DNA of 64,000 nt from an uncultured Actinomycetes bacterium (GTDB lineage Bacteria > Actinomycetota > Actinomycetes > Streptosporangiales > Streptosporangiaceae): assembly GCA_963760405.1 (NCBI GenBank), contig CAVXCV010000002.1, positions 679,413-743,412 on the forward strand. Direction: 5' to 3'. Numbering within the stretch: position 1 is the first letter of the stretch; each line of letters begins with the position of its first letter. This document shows, piece after piece, positions 51,345 through 63,722 of the stretch. A model generated the notes under the pieces. It was not told where the DNA came from. It made no database searches and worked only from the letters and a program-made list of their open reading frames with translations. The position numbers and the translations under genes are program-made.

Positions 51345-53036
51345 TCAGTCGTGTCCTGCTGGCGGCCGGGCCACCAGGCCCGCCCAGGGCTGCAGCAGTG
51401 CGGCGCCACCCGGGCCACCGTCCGCCGCAACCGCGGGCCGTCCCGCCCCGCTCGTGTCCACCAGCACGGTGCCCGCCAGCACGGGGCCCGCCAGCACGGG
51501 GCCCGCCAGCACGGGGCCCGCCAGCACGGGGCCGGCCAGCACGGGGCCGGGCAGGGGCACTGGCTGATCGGTGAAGTTGGCCGCGACGATGACGTCACCG
51601 GTGGCGTAGATCCAGGTCCCGGGTGGCCCGGGCAGCCGCGCATAGCTGGCGACCTGGCCGCTGAACTCGGCGTGCCGCAGCGCGATCAGGTCCCGGCACA
51701 GGTGCAGCGTGGACCCGGGCTCGGCCTGCTGCGCCGCCACGGTGCGCGGCCCGGGCTCACCGTACGGGAGCCAGGGGGTGACCCCCTCGGCGGTGAACCC
51801 GCGGGACGGCGAGGCGTCCCAGGGCATCGGGGTGCGCGCCCGGTCCCGGCCCTCGCCCCGGCGGCCCCGGCCGCCGGGGGTTATCCCGTCCTGGCGCAGC
51901 TCCACCGGGACCGGCACGTCGGTCATGGCGATCTCGTCGCCGTAGTAGAGCACGAACGTGCCGGGCAGCGTGGCCAGCACCAGCAGGGCCAGCCGGGCCT
52001 TGCGCTCATCACCGCCGGCCCAGCGGGTAGGAAAGCGGCTGATGTCGTGGTTGGACGCGGTCCACACCGGGCACTCGCCCGCAGCCAGCGCGGTCAGCGT
52101 CCCGGCCACTACCTCGGCCAGCCCGTCGGCGGTGAACGGGGCGAAGATGAACGGGAAGTTGAAGGTGAGCTGGAGTTCGTCGTCCTGCCCGTGGAAGGCG
52201 GCCAGCGCGCTGAGCTCAGGCACCCAGGTCTCGCCGAGCAGCAGCCGCGGCTCGGGGTAGCTTTCCGCGATCTTCCGCCAGTCCCGGTACACGGCATGCG
52301 TCTCCGGCCGGTTCGCGTTGTAGACCGGCTCCAGCCCGAACTGGCCGTGCAGCCGGTCCGACACGGTGGACGGCGGGTTGTCCCGCAGCAGCGCGTCCTT
52401 GTACAGCCCGTGCGCGACGTCGATCCGGAAGCCAGCCACGCCCCGGTCGAACCAGAACCGGAGGATCTCCCGGAACGCCTCGTGCACCGCTGGCTCCCAC
52501 CAGTTCAGGTCCGGCTGGCCGGGCAGGAAGTTGTGCAGGTAGTACTGGCCGGTGCCGCCCGGGTCCAGCGTCCAGGCAGGCACGCCGGTCGCATCCAGCC
52601 AGTTATTCGGCGGCCCGCCGTCCGGGGCCGGGTCAGCCCACACGTACCAGTCCCGGTGCGCCGCACCCGGATCGCCCACCGCCTCGACGAACCAGGCGTG
52701 CGCGCTGCTGGTGTGGTTCGGCACCAGGTCCAGCAGCACCCGCATGCCGCGCTGGCCTGCCTCGGCGATGAGCCGGTCCAGGTCGGCCAGGGTGCCCAGT
52801 TCGGGGTGCACGCCGAGGTAGTCGGACACGTCATAGCCCCAGTCCGCATCCGGTGAGGGCATGGTGGGCGACAGCCAGATCCCGTCCACGCCCAGCCAGG
52901 CCAGGTAGTCCAGCCGGGCGGTGATCCCGGCCAGGTCGCCGTAACCGTCCCCGTTGCTGTCCTGCCAGGACCGGACGTAGATCTGGTACAACGTGGCACC
53001 CTGCCACCAGCGGGATCCGGTTCCTGACGTGTCCAT
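51345..53036 (-). CDS. GH13 alpha-glucosidase / oligo-1,6-glucosidase-like enzyme
   Basis: YQIYVRSWQDSNGDGYGDLAGITARLDYLAWLGVDGIWLSP, DLVPNHTS and GFRIDVAHG. ATG at 53036 preceded by AGGAG. The C-terminus carries (PVLAG)n. Confidence 0.9.
   Translation of the reverse strand: MDTSGTGSRWWQGATLYQIYVRSWQDSNGDGYGDLAGITARLDYLAWLGVDGIWLSPTMPSPDADWGYDVSDYLGVHPELGTLADLDRLIAEAGQRGMRVLLDLVPNHTSSAHAWFVEAVGDPGAAHRDWYVWADPAPDGGPPNNWLDATGVPAWTLDPGGTGQYYLHNFLPGQPDLNWWEPAVHEAFREILRFWFDRGVAGFRIDVAHGLYKDALLRDNPPSTVSDRLHGQFGLEPVYNANRPETHAVYRDWRKIAESYPEPRLLLGETWVPELSALAAFHGQDDELQLTFNFPFIFAPFTADGLAEVVAGTLTALAAGECPVWTASNHDISRFPTRWAGGDERKARLALLVLATLPGTFVLYYGDEIAMTDVPVPVELRQDGITPGGRGRRGEGRDRARTPMPWDASPSRGFTAEGVTPWLPYGEPGPRTVAAQQAEPGSTLHLCRDLIALRHAEFSGQVASYARLPGPPGTWIYATGDVIVAANFTDQPVPLPGPVLAGPVLAGPVLAGPVLAGPVLAGTVLVDTSGAGRPAVAADGGPGGAALLQPWAGLVARPPAGHD
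51461..51550. repeat. 15-nt in-frame tandem repeat x6 at the glucosidase 3' end
   Basis: CCAGCACGG(G/T)GCC(C/G)G units encode (PVLAG)n on the minus strand. Confidence 0.85.
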
Positions 53037-53151
53037 TGCGCTCCTGTGCGTCGCGATCCTGGTCTTGTCTTGATCTTGCCGCAGGACCAAGCCGCGCTGC
53101 GCCCCGGGGGGCCTGGCCGCGCACCCAGCCCCCGCTATTCAGTCAGGGGAC

Positions 53152-53583
53152 TTGCCGCAGGCTAGGCGGCAGGCGGACACTGGACGGGTGAGCCCGTACC
53201 TGGAGTGGATCGCCGTTATCATGCTGCCCACCGCGGCGTTCTTTGCGCTGGTCAAGGGCTTGCACGGGCTGCACTGGCTGACCGAACGCTGGTACACCGC
53301 CCGCTACCAGGCTCAGCCTCCGGCTGAGCCGATGGAGCGGCTGGCCGCGAACCTGCGCCGGCTCCGGGGGGAACTCGAGGCCATGGAGACCCGCAGTGAC
53401 GTGCCCGCCAAGGTCGCCCGGCTGCGCGCGCTGCGCGGCGCGTACCTGGACACGCTGACCACGGCCTGCAAGCGGCTGGAGGTCAGCCCGCCGGGCACCC
53501 GCGCGCAGCAGGCCGACATCTACCGGGCCGAGGCAGCACTGCGCCAGCGCGGCCTGGACGTCCGGGAAACCGCTGCGCCCTGA
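53152..53583 (+). CDS. hypothetical membrane-anchored coiled-coil protein
   Basis: TM helix YLEWIAVIMLPTAAFFALV followed by Arg/Leu/Ala-rich helices. First gene of a 3-gene plus-strand cluster. Start uncertain. Confidence 0.5.
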   Translation: MPQARRQADTGRVSPYLEWIAVIMLPTAAFFALVKGLHGLHWLTERWYTARYQAQPPAEPMERLAANLRRLRGELEAMETRSDVPAKVARLRALRGAYLDTLTTACKRLEVSPPGTRAQQADIYRAEAALRQRGLDVRETAAP

Positions 53584-53612
53584 TCTGGACCGCCAGCGCA
53601 TACCATCACTAA

Positions 53613-54317
53613 ATGGTCCGCGTCTTGGCGGTATCGGACGTCGTCAACGACTCGCTCTGGTCCGACGGGCGTGCGGTCCGTGGCACCGAGCTGATCGTCG
53701 GCTGTGGTGACCTGCCGTTCGAGTACCTCGGCCGGCTGATGAACGCGCTCGACGCGCCACTGGTGTTCGTGCCCGGCAACCACGATCCCGACGTATCCGG
53801 CTACCGGCTGTCCCGGGCCGGGCTGACCATGCGGGCCGGGATCCCGGCCCGACCACCGTGGCCGGACGGGGCGGTTAACGCGGAGGGGGCGATCGTGGAC
53901 CTCGCCGGGCTGCGCCTGGCCGGCCTGGGCGGCTGCCGCCGCTACAGCGACGGGCCGAACCAGTACACCGACCGGCAGCAGGCTCGCCGCGCCCGCTGGC
54001 TGGCCGCCCGCGCCCGGGCCCGCCGGGCCCGCGATGGGCACCCGGTGGACGTATTGCTCACACACGCGCCGCCGCGCGGGGCGGGCGACGGCGCTGATCC
54101 ACCGCATCAGGGCTTCACCGCGCTGAACAAGCTGGTCAGCCGGGTCCGCCCGGCTGTGCTGCTGCACGGGCACGTGACCCCAGAGCCGCAGTCCCGCCGG
54201 GACGTGGTGCTGGGTGCCACGATCGTGTGCAACGTCACCGGATGGCGGCTGCTGGACATCGAGCCAGGCGCAGGCCTGGTGCACAGCAGCAGCACGGCAG
54301 GCCGCCGCCATGCCTGA
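53613..54317 (+). CDS. metallophosphoesterase
   Basis: VLAVSDV, GCGDL, VPGNHD, LLTHAPP and LLHGH motif series. Confidence 0.85.
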   Translation: MVRVLAVSDVVNDSLWSDGRAVRGTELIVGCGDLPFEYLGRLMNALDAPLVFVPGNHDPDVSGYRLSRAGLTMRAGIPARPPWPDGAVNAEGAIVDLAGLRLAGLGGCRRYSDGPNQYTDRQQARRARWLAARARARRARDGHPVDVLLTHAPPRGAGDGADPPHQGFTALNKLVSRVRPAVLLHGHVTPEPQSRRDVVLGATIVCNVTGWRLLDIEPGAGLVHSSSTAGRRHA

Positions 54318-55146
54318 CACCGGGTTCCCGCGCTCCGACGTGGAGAACGACTTCCAGCGGGCCCGGCGCCGCCAGGTGCTGGCCCGGCTGGCCGCGCGGC
54401 TGCGCCGCGAGCCCGACGACGTGAACCTCATCCTGCCGTTCGACGAGGTGGTCGCCGCGCTGGGGCGCACCGGCGAGCGGAAGCTGGGCCTGCAGATCAT
54501 CCCGCTGGACACCGTGGTGGGCACGGTGGACTCCACCCGCGACTTCGACCGGCACTTCCGGCCTACCACCGGCCGGGTCCGGGAACGCTGGGAGCGGCTG
54601 GCCCTGGCCCAGCGGCGCGGCGAGCCGATACCGCCGATCGACGTGTACCGGATCGGCGATCTGCACTTCGTCTCCGACGGCCACCACCGGGTGTCGATCG
54701 CCATCGCCACCGGGCAGAAGACGATCGACGCCTATGTCACCGAGGTGCTGACCGCGATCCCGTCCCGGGGCATCCGGCACCGCGGTGACCTGCTGCTGAA
54801 GAGCTACGAGCTGATGTTCCGGTCCCGGGTGCCGCTGCCCGCGGCTGGCTACGCCAAGATCACCGTCACCGATCCCTGGTCCTACGCGGAACTCGGTGAG
54901 GCCGTCGAGGCCTGGGGGTTCCGGCTGATGCAGCACGAGCGCACGTTCCTGGACCGGGCCGAGGTGGCCCGGCGCTGGCTGGCCGACGAGTTCAGCCCGG
55001 TCGTGCGCATGCTGCACGCGGCCGATCTCGTCGGCTCAGCCACCGACGCCGAGGCCTACCTCGTCATCGCCCGGGAGCGCTACCGGCTGATGCGCACCCA
55101 CGAATGGAACGACGAGGTCATCGATGAACTCCAGCACCGGCTGCGG

Positions 55147-55170
<24 letters not shown>
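54310..55170 (+). CDS. ParB/Srx-fold (ParB N-terminal-like) domain protein
   Basis: PIDVYRIGDLHFVSDGHHRVSIA motif. The ATG at 54310 overlaps the phosphoesterase stop by 8 nt. Confidence 0.8.
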
Positions 55171-56475
<1,305 letters not shown>

Positions 56476-56496
56476 TTGTTTCTCCTTGGATCCGCG

Positions 56497-57336
56497 CTAG
56501 CCCTTGACCGCGCCTGATGTCAGCCCGGCCACGATCCGGCGCTGGAAGAACACCACGAAGAGGATGATCGGGATGGTGATGACCACCGCGGCGGCCGCGA
56601 TGGGGCCGGTGGGCACGGTGAACTGCGAGCTGCCGCTGAGGTAGGCGAGCGACGCCGGTGCCGTCCGGGCGGCGGTGGTCGAAGTGAACGAGATCGCCAT
56701 CAGGAACTCGTTCCAGCAGGCGAGGAAGACCAGGATGGCCGTGGTGACCATGCCCGGCGCGGCGAGTGGGGCGATGACCCTGACGAACGCCTGGAATGGG
56801 GTGGCCCCATCGACCCGGGCCGCCTTCTCCAGCTCCCAGGGGATCTCCCGGAAGAACGCCGACAGCGTGTAGATGCCGAGCGGCAGGCCGAAGGCCACGT
56901 AGGGGATGATCAGGCCGAGCCAGGTGTTGAACAGGCCCAGCGTACGCTCGATGCTGAACAGCGGGGTGACCAGGGCGATGATCGGGAACATCGCGATCAG
57001 CAGCGCCATCCCGATGAGCAGCTGCTTGCCGGGGAACCGCAGTCGCGCGACCGCATAAGCCGCCATGGAGGCCAGCACGACGGAGATGAACGTCGCGATG
57101 AGGCCGATGCCGATCGAGTTGAGCAGCGGCCGGGTGAACGTCGTGGTGCTCAGGATCTGGGTGTAGTTCCCCCAGGTCCACTGCGCGGGAAAGAAGGAGG
57201 GATCGAGGACGGCCGTGGGCGTCTTGAACGACAGGGAGACCATCCACAGCACCGGGATCAGCGCCAGTGCGATGACGACGACGTTGATCGTCCCCCAGCT
57301 GTATTTCTGGCGGGGGGTGGTAGCTACCGCAGCCAT
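56497..57336 (-). CDS. carbohydrate ABC transporter permease (SugB-like)
   Basis: Six TM helices and the EAA-type loop ([17 protein letters not shown]). Confidence 0.9.
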   Translation of the reverse strand: MAAVATTPRQKYSWGTINVVVIALALIPVLWMVSLSFKTPTAVLDPSFFPAQWTWGNYTQILSTTTFTRPLLNSIGIGLIATFISVVLASMAAYAVARLRFPGKQLLIGMALLIAMFPIIALVTPLFSIERTLGLFNTWLGLIIPYVAFGLPLGIYTLSAFFREIPWELEKAARVDGATPFQAFVRVIAPLAAPGMVTTAILVFLACWNEFLMAISFTSTTAARTAPASLAYLSGSSQFTVPTGPIAAAAVVITIPIILFVVFFQRRIVAGLTSGAVKG

Positions 57337-57343
57337 GAGCGGG

Positions 57344-58300
57344 TCACCTCTTCCCGATGTCGGTGCCTGGGGCGGCGGTGCCGAAGCCCTTGATGAAGAC
57401 GAAGGCGATGAGCACCACGCAGATGAAGATCAGGATCGAGATCGCGGACCCGATCCCCAGGTTCAGCGCCTTGAACAGGTTGTCCCAGCCGAGGATCGAG
57501 ACCGATTCTGTGCCGTTGTTGCCCGCGGTCAGGATGAAGATGTTGTCGAATATCCGGAACGAGTCCAGTGTCCGGAACAGCACCGCCACCAGGATGGCCG
57601 GCTTCATCAGCGGCACCGTGATCCGCCAGAAGCGCTGCCAGCCGGTGGCGCCGTCTACCTTGGCCGCCTTTTGCAGGTCCTCGGGCACCAGGGAGAGCCC
57701 GGCCAGCAGCAGCAGCCCCATGAACGGCGTAGTCTTCCAGACCTCCGCCAGGATGATCACGGCAATCGCCTTGTACTGCGAGGTCAGCGGTGCGCTGTTG
57801 TTGAAAAGCGCGGACAGGTAGCCCTGGCCTGGGGTCCACGCGTACTGCCAGCCGTAGGCTGCGGCGACGGTCACGATCCCGTACGGGATGAGCGCGGAGG
57901 TGCGGACCGTGCCCCGGCCGAACAGCGTCCGGTGCATGACCAGGGCCAGCAGCATGCCCAATACCAGAGTGATGGAGACCGAGACAATAGTGATGAGCAC
58001 CGTGATCCACAGCGCCTGCCACCAGTAGGGGGAGCTGAGCACCGCGGCATAGTTGGCGAACCCGACGAACTTGACGGCGTTCGGGAGCTCGAGATTATAG
58101 CGCTGCAGCGACAGCCAGATGGCGTAGGCGACTGGGTAGGCGGTGACCGCGATCATCACGATGACCGCCGGGGCGCATAGCAGCCAGCCGAGCCTGCGCT
58201 CCTCCCGCGCGCCCTCGGACAGCGGCGCTCTGCGTCGCCGGCCTGTGGTTTCCTTGACCTCCTCGGTACCGGCCACCTGGGTGCCTGTAGTGCTGGTCAT
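57344..58300 (-). CDS. sugar ABC transporter permease (SugA-like)
   Basis: TM helices and the EAA loop ([18 protein letters not shown]). ATG at 58300 preceded by GGAGGGG. Confidence 0.9.
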   Translation of the reverse strand: MTSTTGTQVAGTEEVKETTGRRRRAPLSEGAREERRLGWLLCAPAVIVMIAVTAYPVAYAIWLSLQRYNLELPNAVKFVGFANYAAVLSSPYWWQALWITVLITIVSVSITLVLGMLLALVMHRTLFGRGTVRTSALIPYGIVTVAAAYGWQYAWTPGQGYLSALFNNSAPLTSQYKAIAVIILAEVWKTTPFMGLLLLAGLSLVPEDLQKAAKVDGATGWQRFWRITVPLMKPAILVAVLFRTLDSFRIFDNIFILTAGNNGTESVSILGWDNLFKALNLGIGSAISILIFICVVLIAFVFIKGFGTAAPGTDIGKR

Positions 58301-58349
58301 CGGCCCCTCCATTCCTGCGCGGCCTGCCTGCCGCATACTGCCCGGCGGC

Positions 58350-59688
58350 TCATGGCACCAGGCCCTTCGACTGCAGGGCGTTGTTGATATTGGCGGCCAT
58401 CTTCTTCTCCGTGTTCACCGGGTTGATGCCCGCCGGCGGCGAGGTCAGGTGCGAGATGTCGATGGATACGACCTGGTAGAGCGGCGTCTTCGGCCGGACG
58501 CTCGCGTGCTGCAGCGCGTACAGGATGTCGGCGTGGAACGGGTAGTCGGGGTACAGCTTCGGATCGCTGTACAGGCTGGCGATCGTCGGCGGGACGCCGC
58601 CGACCGTGGCGCCGATGAGCTGGTTCTGCTTGTCCCGCAGGCACTGCGCGGCCTGGAAGGCGAGCGACTTGTGCTGGGAGTAGGAGCTGACCGCGAGGTC
58701 CACCCCGCCGATCGTCACCTTGGTCGGTACGCCGGGGGTGATCTGCGGGTAGAGCGCCCACTTGAACACCTTGAACAGCTTGGGGTTGTCCGCCTTCATG
58801 GCCGGATATACGAACGGGTAGTTCAGCTGGAAGGCGGCGTTGCCGGCCTCCATCGCCAGCCGGTTGTCGTTCTCCATCTGCACCGCCAGCGACGGGTCCG
58901 CGCCGGCCGAGGTGGCGAGCTGCTTCATCATCGACAGGGCTTTCACCGCCGGCGCGCCCAGCGTGACCTTGGTCGCGGAGGCATTGAGCACGCTGCCGCC
59001 GGCGCTGTTCACCATCGTGTTGAACCAGACGGTGTTGCCCTCGTACTGGGCGCCCTGGATCTCAATGTAGTGCGGCTTGCCCTCCGCCTTCAGCTTCGCT
59101 GCGTCGGCGAGCATCTCCGCCCACGTCTTCGGCGGGTTCGGCACCAGGTCGGAGCGGTACCACAGCAGCTGGGTGTTGGTGTTGGCGGGCGCCGCGACGA
59201 GCTGGCCCTTCCACATCGCGGTCTGTAGCGCCAGGCTTGATCGTCCCGTTGATGACCTGCTGCTTGTCGGCGCCGGTCCACGGCACTATCCAGCCGGCGT
59301 TGGCGAACTCGGCCTCCCAGGTGACGTCGAGGGCCATGATGTCGATCGAGGGGTCGTGCGCGGCCAGCCGCCGGACGAGCTGCAGTCGCTGGCTGTCGGA
59401 TGAGGCGGGCAGGATCTGGTAGGAGATCGTGTACTTGCCACCGCTCTGCGCGTTGCAGTTCTTGATCTCGGCGTTGGTCGCCCCGGAGACGTCGGGGTAC
59501 TGGAAGAAGTTCAGCGTCACTGGCCCGGTGCTGGCACTGCTCGTGCCGCACGCGGCCAGCAGTCCGGTGGCCAGGATGCCGCCGGTCGCCCCGGCGATGA
59601 GATATCGGAAGCGGGTCTGGGCGGGCCGGCCGAAGGTACGTCCGCCGCGCCGCCGAGGCCTGGACTTGTGTGCACTGCGCCCGATCAT
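58350..59688 (-). pseudogene. extracellular solute-binding lipoprotein (LpqY-like), frameshifted
   Basis: Lipobox LLAAC after a basic N-terminus. SBP family 1 features. The frame changes between 59062-59688 and 58350-59216 (…NGTIKPG / ALQTAMWKGQLVAAPANT), with the indel near 59225-59240. Confidence 0.8.
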
Positions 59689-60029
59689 GGTGCCCTCCCG
59701 GCGCCGTGGCCTCGCGGCCGCTGAGAACTCCCCTCGTTGATCACAAGGCCACGCTAGAACCTTTACTCTGCGGCAACAAGGCCTGCATATTAGGGAAACA
59801 ATTCACAATGCTTTCCGGTCGCAAAAGGGTTACAGAGTGAGCCTTGCCCCGCAGGCCCACGATGCGGAACTGCCCAGAAACGGGATCCGCAAACGGCACA
59901 AGGTATGGGTGCCACAAGGCACCAGCACCACAAGTTATGGGGGTACTGTCAACGCCACCGTAGACAACACCCCACCCACCCGTCTCAGCCGGAGCAGCGC
60001 GGGGACGCCCCCACCGGGCAGGCAGGTCC

Positions 60030-61100
60030 TCAGCGGGCGGCGGTGATCGTAGCGCTGCCCAGCACGGTATCGCCGTCGTAGAGCACCGCGGCCTGGCCGC
60101 TGGCCACACCCTGGGCCGCCCGGTGCAGCCCGATCCGGAGCAGGCCGGAGTCCGGGGCCGCCGTGGCGGGATGGACCTCACCGTGCGCCCGCAGCTGGAC
60201 CAGGCACTCCCGGCTCTCCAGCAGCGGGCCGCATCCCGTCCACACCGGCCGCTCGGCCACGATCTCGCGCACGTCCAGGGATTCCCGCGGGCCGACCGTG
60301 ACGGTCCGCGACACCGGCTCGATGTCCAGCACGTAGCGGGGCCGGCCATCACTGGCCGGCCTGCCCACCCGCAGGCCCTTGCGCTGGCCGATGGTGAAGC
60401 CGTACGCGCCGTCGTGCGTGCCCAGCATCGTCCCGTCCGCATCCACGATGCGGCCCGGTGCACTGCCCAGCCGGGCGGCCAGGAACGCCCGGGTGTCGCC
60501 GTCCGGGATGAAGCACACGTCGTGGCTGTCCGGCTTCTCGGCCACCGCCATGCCGCGCGCGGCCGCCTCCGCGCGCACCTCGGCCTTGGTGGAGCCGCCC
60601 AGCGGGAACATGGCCCGGTCCAGCTGCGCCTGGGTCAGCACGGCCAGCACGTACGACTGGTCCTTGGCCAGGTCCACGCTGCGCCGCAGCTGGCCGCCGT
60701 CCAGCCGGGCATGATGCCCGGTGCACACCGCGTCGAAGCCGAGCGCGACCGCACGGTCCAGCACTGCGGCGAACTTGATCTTCTCGTTGCAGCGCAGGCA
60801 GGGGTTGGGCGTGCGGCCGCGGGCGTACTCGGCGACGAAGTCCGCCACTACGTCATCGGCAAAGCGCTCGGCCATGTCCCAGACGTAGAACGGGATGCCG
60901 ATCACGTCGGCGGCGCGGCGGGCGTCCCGCGCGTCCTCCACCGTGCAGCAGCCGCGGGCGCCGGTCCGGTGCGACTGCGGGTTCGCGGACAGCGCGAGAT
61001 GGACGCCGGTCACCTCATGCCCGGCGTCCGCGGCCCGGGCGGCGGCCACGCTCGAGTCAACGCCGCCGGACATGGCGGCCAGCACGCGAAGGGGAGTCAC
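60030..61100 (-). CDS. mnmA: tRNA 2-thiouridine(34) synthase
   Basis: PP-loop [15 protein letters not shown] and catalytic Cys regions. Confidence 0.95.
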   Translation of the reverse strand: MTPLRVLAAMSGGVDSSVAAARAADAGHEVTGVHLALSANPQSHRTGARGCCTVEDARDARRAADVIGIPFYVWDMAERFADDVVADFVAEYARGRTPNPCLRCNEKIKFAAVLDRAVALGFDAVCTGHHARLDGGQLRRSVDLAKDQSYVLAVLTQAQLDRAMFPLGGSTKAEVRAEAAARGMAVAEKPDSHDVCFIPDGDTRAFLAARLGSAPGRIVDADGTMLGTHDGAYGFTIGQRKGLRVGRPASDGRPRYVLDIEPVSRTVTVGPRESLDVREIVAERPVWTGCGPLLESRECLVQLRAHGEVHPATAAPDSGLLRIGLHRAAQGVASGQAAVLYDGDTVLGSATITAAR

Positions 61101-61284
61101 GAGCGTTATCCAAACCGGCTAGCGAGCGCAGGCCCGGAGGGCCCCGCGCAAGCGGTCAGTGCAGGTCCGGCGGTGAGCAGCATGAACAGGTCCTTTGCAC
61201 AACGCGACGGCTGAGTTCGGCCGTCTATCGAGGTTATGCGGTCCGGGCCGCTCAGCGGGCGGCCCGCCGGGCCGTCCCGGCCAG

Positions 61285-61356
61285 TCAGTGCGCCGCACGC
61301 CGGACCCGCTCGACCACTTCTCAGCGCGCCGCACGCCGGGCCCGCTCGACCACTTC
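61285..61356. repeat. 36-nt tandem duplication including the cysteine desulfurase stop codon
   Basis: 61321-61356 (TCAGCGCGCCGCACGCCGGGCCCGCTCGACCACTTC) and 61285-61320 (TCAGTGCGCCGCACGCCGGACCCGCTCGACCACTTC) are 34/36 identical. Confidence 0.9.
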
Positions 61357-62538
61357 ACCGATCACCGCGCCGAGCGCGTCCACATCCTCCTGAGTGGAGG
61401 TGTGCCCCAGCGAGAACCGCAGCGACCCGCGCGACCTGGCCTCATCCGCGCCCATGGCGAGCAGCACATGACTCGGCTGGGCCACGCCCGCGGTGCAGGC
61501 GGAGCCGGTGGAGCAGGCGATGCCCTTGGCGTCGAGCAGCATCAGCAGGGCGTCGCCTTCGCAGCCGGGGAAGGAAAAATGCGCGTTGCCGGGCAGCCGG
61601 GCGGGCCCGGGCGGCGCCCCGTTCAGGATCGCGTCCGGCACCGCGGCGAGCACCTGGGCGATCAGGTCGTCCCGCAGCGCGGCCAGCCGGACGATCTCGT
61701 CGTCCCGGCGCTTGGCCATGACCTCGGCCGCGACCGCGAACGCGCGGATCGCCGGGGCGTCCAGGGTGCCGGAGCGGATCTCGCTCTCCTGGCCGCCGCC
61801 GTGCAGCACGGGAACCGGCTGGACGCCCCGGGCCAGCAGCAGCGCTCCCGCCCCTACCGGGCCGCCGAACTTGTGCGCGGTGATGGTGAGCGCGTCCACC
61901 CCGCTGGCGGCGAAGTTGACCGGCAACTGGCCCGCCGCCTGAACCGCGTCGGTATGCAGCGGCACCCCGTGCTCGCGGGCGATAGTGGCCAGCTCGGCGA
62001 TCGGCTGGATCGTGCCCACCTCGTTGTTCGCCCACATGACCGTGATCAGCGCGGCCCCCGCCGGGTCAGCCGCGATGGCGTCGGCGAGTACCTCCGGCTG
62101 GAGCAGCCCGGCCGCATCCACCGGCAGCCAGGCCTCCGTGGCCTGCTCGTGCGCGATCAGCCAGTGCGCGGAGTCCAGCACGGCATGATGCTCGACCGTG
62201 GTGGCCAGCACCCGGCGGCGCGCCGGGTCAGCGGAGCGGCGGGCCCAGTACAGACCCTTGACCGCCAGGTTGTCGGCTTCGGTGCCTCCGCTGGTGAGGA
62301 TGACCTCGCTCGGCCGGGCCCCGAAGACCTCCGCGATCTGCTCCCGGGACTCCTCCACCACCCGCCGGGCCCGGCGTCCCGCGTTGTGCAGCGACGACGG
62401 ATTACCCAGCTGGGCGAGTTCCTCGGTCATCGCCGCCAGGGCCTCAGGCAGCAGCGGCGTGGTCGCCGCGTGGTCAAGGTAAGCCAGGCAGCCCGGCGCC
62501 GGCCGCGGGCGCCCGCCCGCACTGTTCACATACCCCAT
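61321..62538 (-). CDS. cysteine desulfurase (NifS/IscS-like, class V aminotransferase)
   Basis: YLDHAATTP, the PLP-lysine context [12 protein letters not shown] and the active-site [12 protein letters not shown] at 62538 preceded by GAGGG. Confidence 0.9.
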   Translation of the reverse strand: MGYVNSAGGRPRPAPGCLAYLDHAATTPLLPEALAAMTEELAQLGNPSSLHNAGRRARRVVEESREQIAEVFGARPSEVILTSGGTEADNLAVKGLYWARRSADPARRRVLATTVEHHAVLDSAHWLIAHEQATEAWLPVDAAGLLQPEVLADAIAADPAGAALITVMWANNEVGTIQPIAELATIAREHGVPLHTDAVQAAGQLPVNFAASGVDALTITAHKFGGPVGAGALLLARGVQPVPVLHGGGQESEIRSGTLDAPAIRAFAVAAEVMAKRRDDEIVRLAALRDDLIAQVLAAVPDAILNGAPPGPARLPGNAHFSFPGCEGDALLMLLDAKGIACSTGSACTAGVAQPSHVLLAMGADEARSRGSLRFSLGHTSTQEDVDALGAVIGEVVERARRAAR

Positions 62539-62655
62539 GACGGCCCTCAGCCTAATGCGCATTCCGGCCGCGGCGTACGCCGCGGCAGCTGCCCACTTCC
62601 CGGATCCGGCCCGGTCATCCGCTGGGCCCGGCCCGAGGGCCGAGCCCTCAGCTTC

Positions 62656-63624
62656 CTAGTTGCCCGAGCGCTGCTCGACCTGCTCGGTGAGCTGCGGCAC
62701 GACCGCGAACAAGTCACCAACCACGCCGAAGTCGGCGAGCTCGAAGATGGGCGCCTCGGGGTCCTTGTTGATCACCATGATGGTCTTGGCGGTCTGCATG
62801 CCGGCCCGGTGCTGGATCGCACCGGAGATCCCGACCGCCACGTACAGCTGCGGGGACACGGTCTTCCCAGTCTGCCCGACCTGGAACTGGTGCGGGTACC
62901 AGCCCGCGTCGGTCGCGGCCCGGGACGCCCCCACCGCCGCGCCGAGCGAGTCCGCCAGCTTCTCGATCACGGCGAAGTTCTCCGCGTTGCCCACCCCGCG
63001 GCCGCCGGACACCACGATGGCCGCCTCGGTGAGTTCTGGCCGTTCACCGCGCTCGGCCACGACGCGCTCGGTGACCCGGACCGCCTTGGCCGCGTCGCTC
63101 AGCTCGACCCCGGCCGGCTCGATCTCGGCCGCGGCGGGCGCGGGCTCCGCGGCGGTGGAATTCGGCCGCACCGCGACGATGGGCGTGCCGGTGCGCACCC
63201 GGGACGCCACGATAATGGCCCCGCCGAAGATGGACTGCTCGGCGACCAGGCCGCCGTCCTCGCCCGGGGTGAGGCCAACCGCATCGGTGATCACCCCGGA
63301 CCCCGTCTTGACCGCCAGCCTGCCCGCCACCTCCTTGCCCTCACCGGTGGCGGTGAGCAGCACGGCCGCGGGTGATTTCTGCGCGACCAGCGCGGCCAGC
63401 ACCTCGGCCGCGGGGGCGACCACGCCGTCCTCGAACTCACTGCCCTCGGCCACGTAGACCTTGGCCGCGCCGAATTCGGCCAGCCGCTCCCGGCCGCCTT
63501 CCGCGCCGCCGCCGATCCATACGACCGACGGCTCGCCGAACTGGCGAGCCAGCGTCAGCAGCTCGCCGGTAACCTTCTTGACCGTCTCGCCGGAGTGCTC
63601 GGCAAGAACCAGGATCTCAGCCAT
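62656..63624 (-). CDS. etfA: electron transfer flavoprotein subunit alpha
   Basis: MAEILVLAEHSGETVKK... and the FAD-binding C-terminal part (YVAVGISGAIQHRAGM). Confidence 0.9.
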   Translation of the reverse strand: MAEILVLAEHSGETVKKVTGELLTLARQFGEPSVVWIGGGAEGGRERLAEFGAAKVYVAEGSEFEDGVVAPAAEVLAALVAQKSPAAVLLTATGEGKEVAGRLAVKTGSGVITDAVGLTPGEDGGLVAEQSIFGGAIIVASRVRTGTPIVAVRPNSTAAEPAPAAAEIEPAGVELSDAAKAVRVTERVVAERGERPELTEAAIVVSGGRGVGNAENFAVIEKLADSLGAAVGASRAATDAGWYPHQFQVGQTGKTVSPQLYVAVGISGAIQHRAGMQTAKTIMVINKDPEAPIFELADFGVVGDLFAVVPQLTEQVEQRSGN

Positions 63625-63722
63625 GGGTGGCAGCCCTTCCGTCGTCAGCAGGCGCATCGTGAGCGAATGCGCCGTCAGCGAACGCGTCGTCTCCGGACGC
63701 GCGGAGTCAGATGAATTCGCGG

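Noticed and set aside
53520-54710. 396-aa minus-strand ORF
   Set aside because: It is antisense to the metallophosphoesterase and ParB-like genes, which carry clear motifs.
61195-63375. 726-aa plus-strand ORF
   Set aside because: It is antisense to the cysteine desulfurase and etfA genes, both of which have unmistakable motifs on the minus strand.
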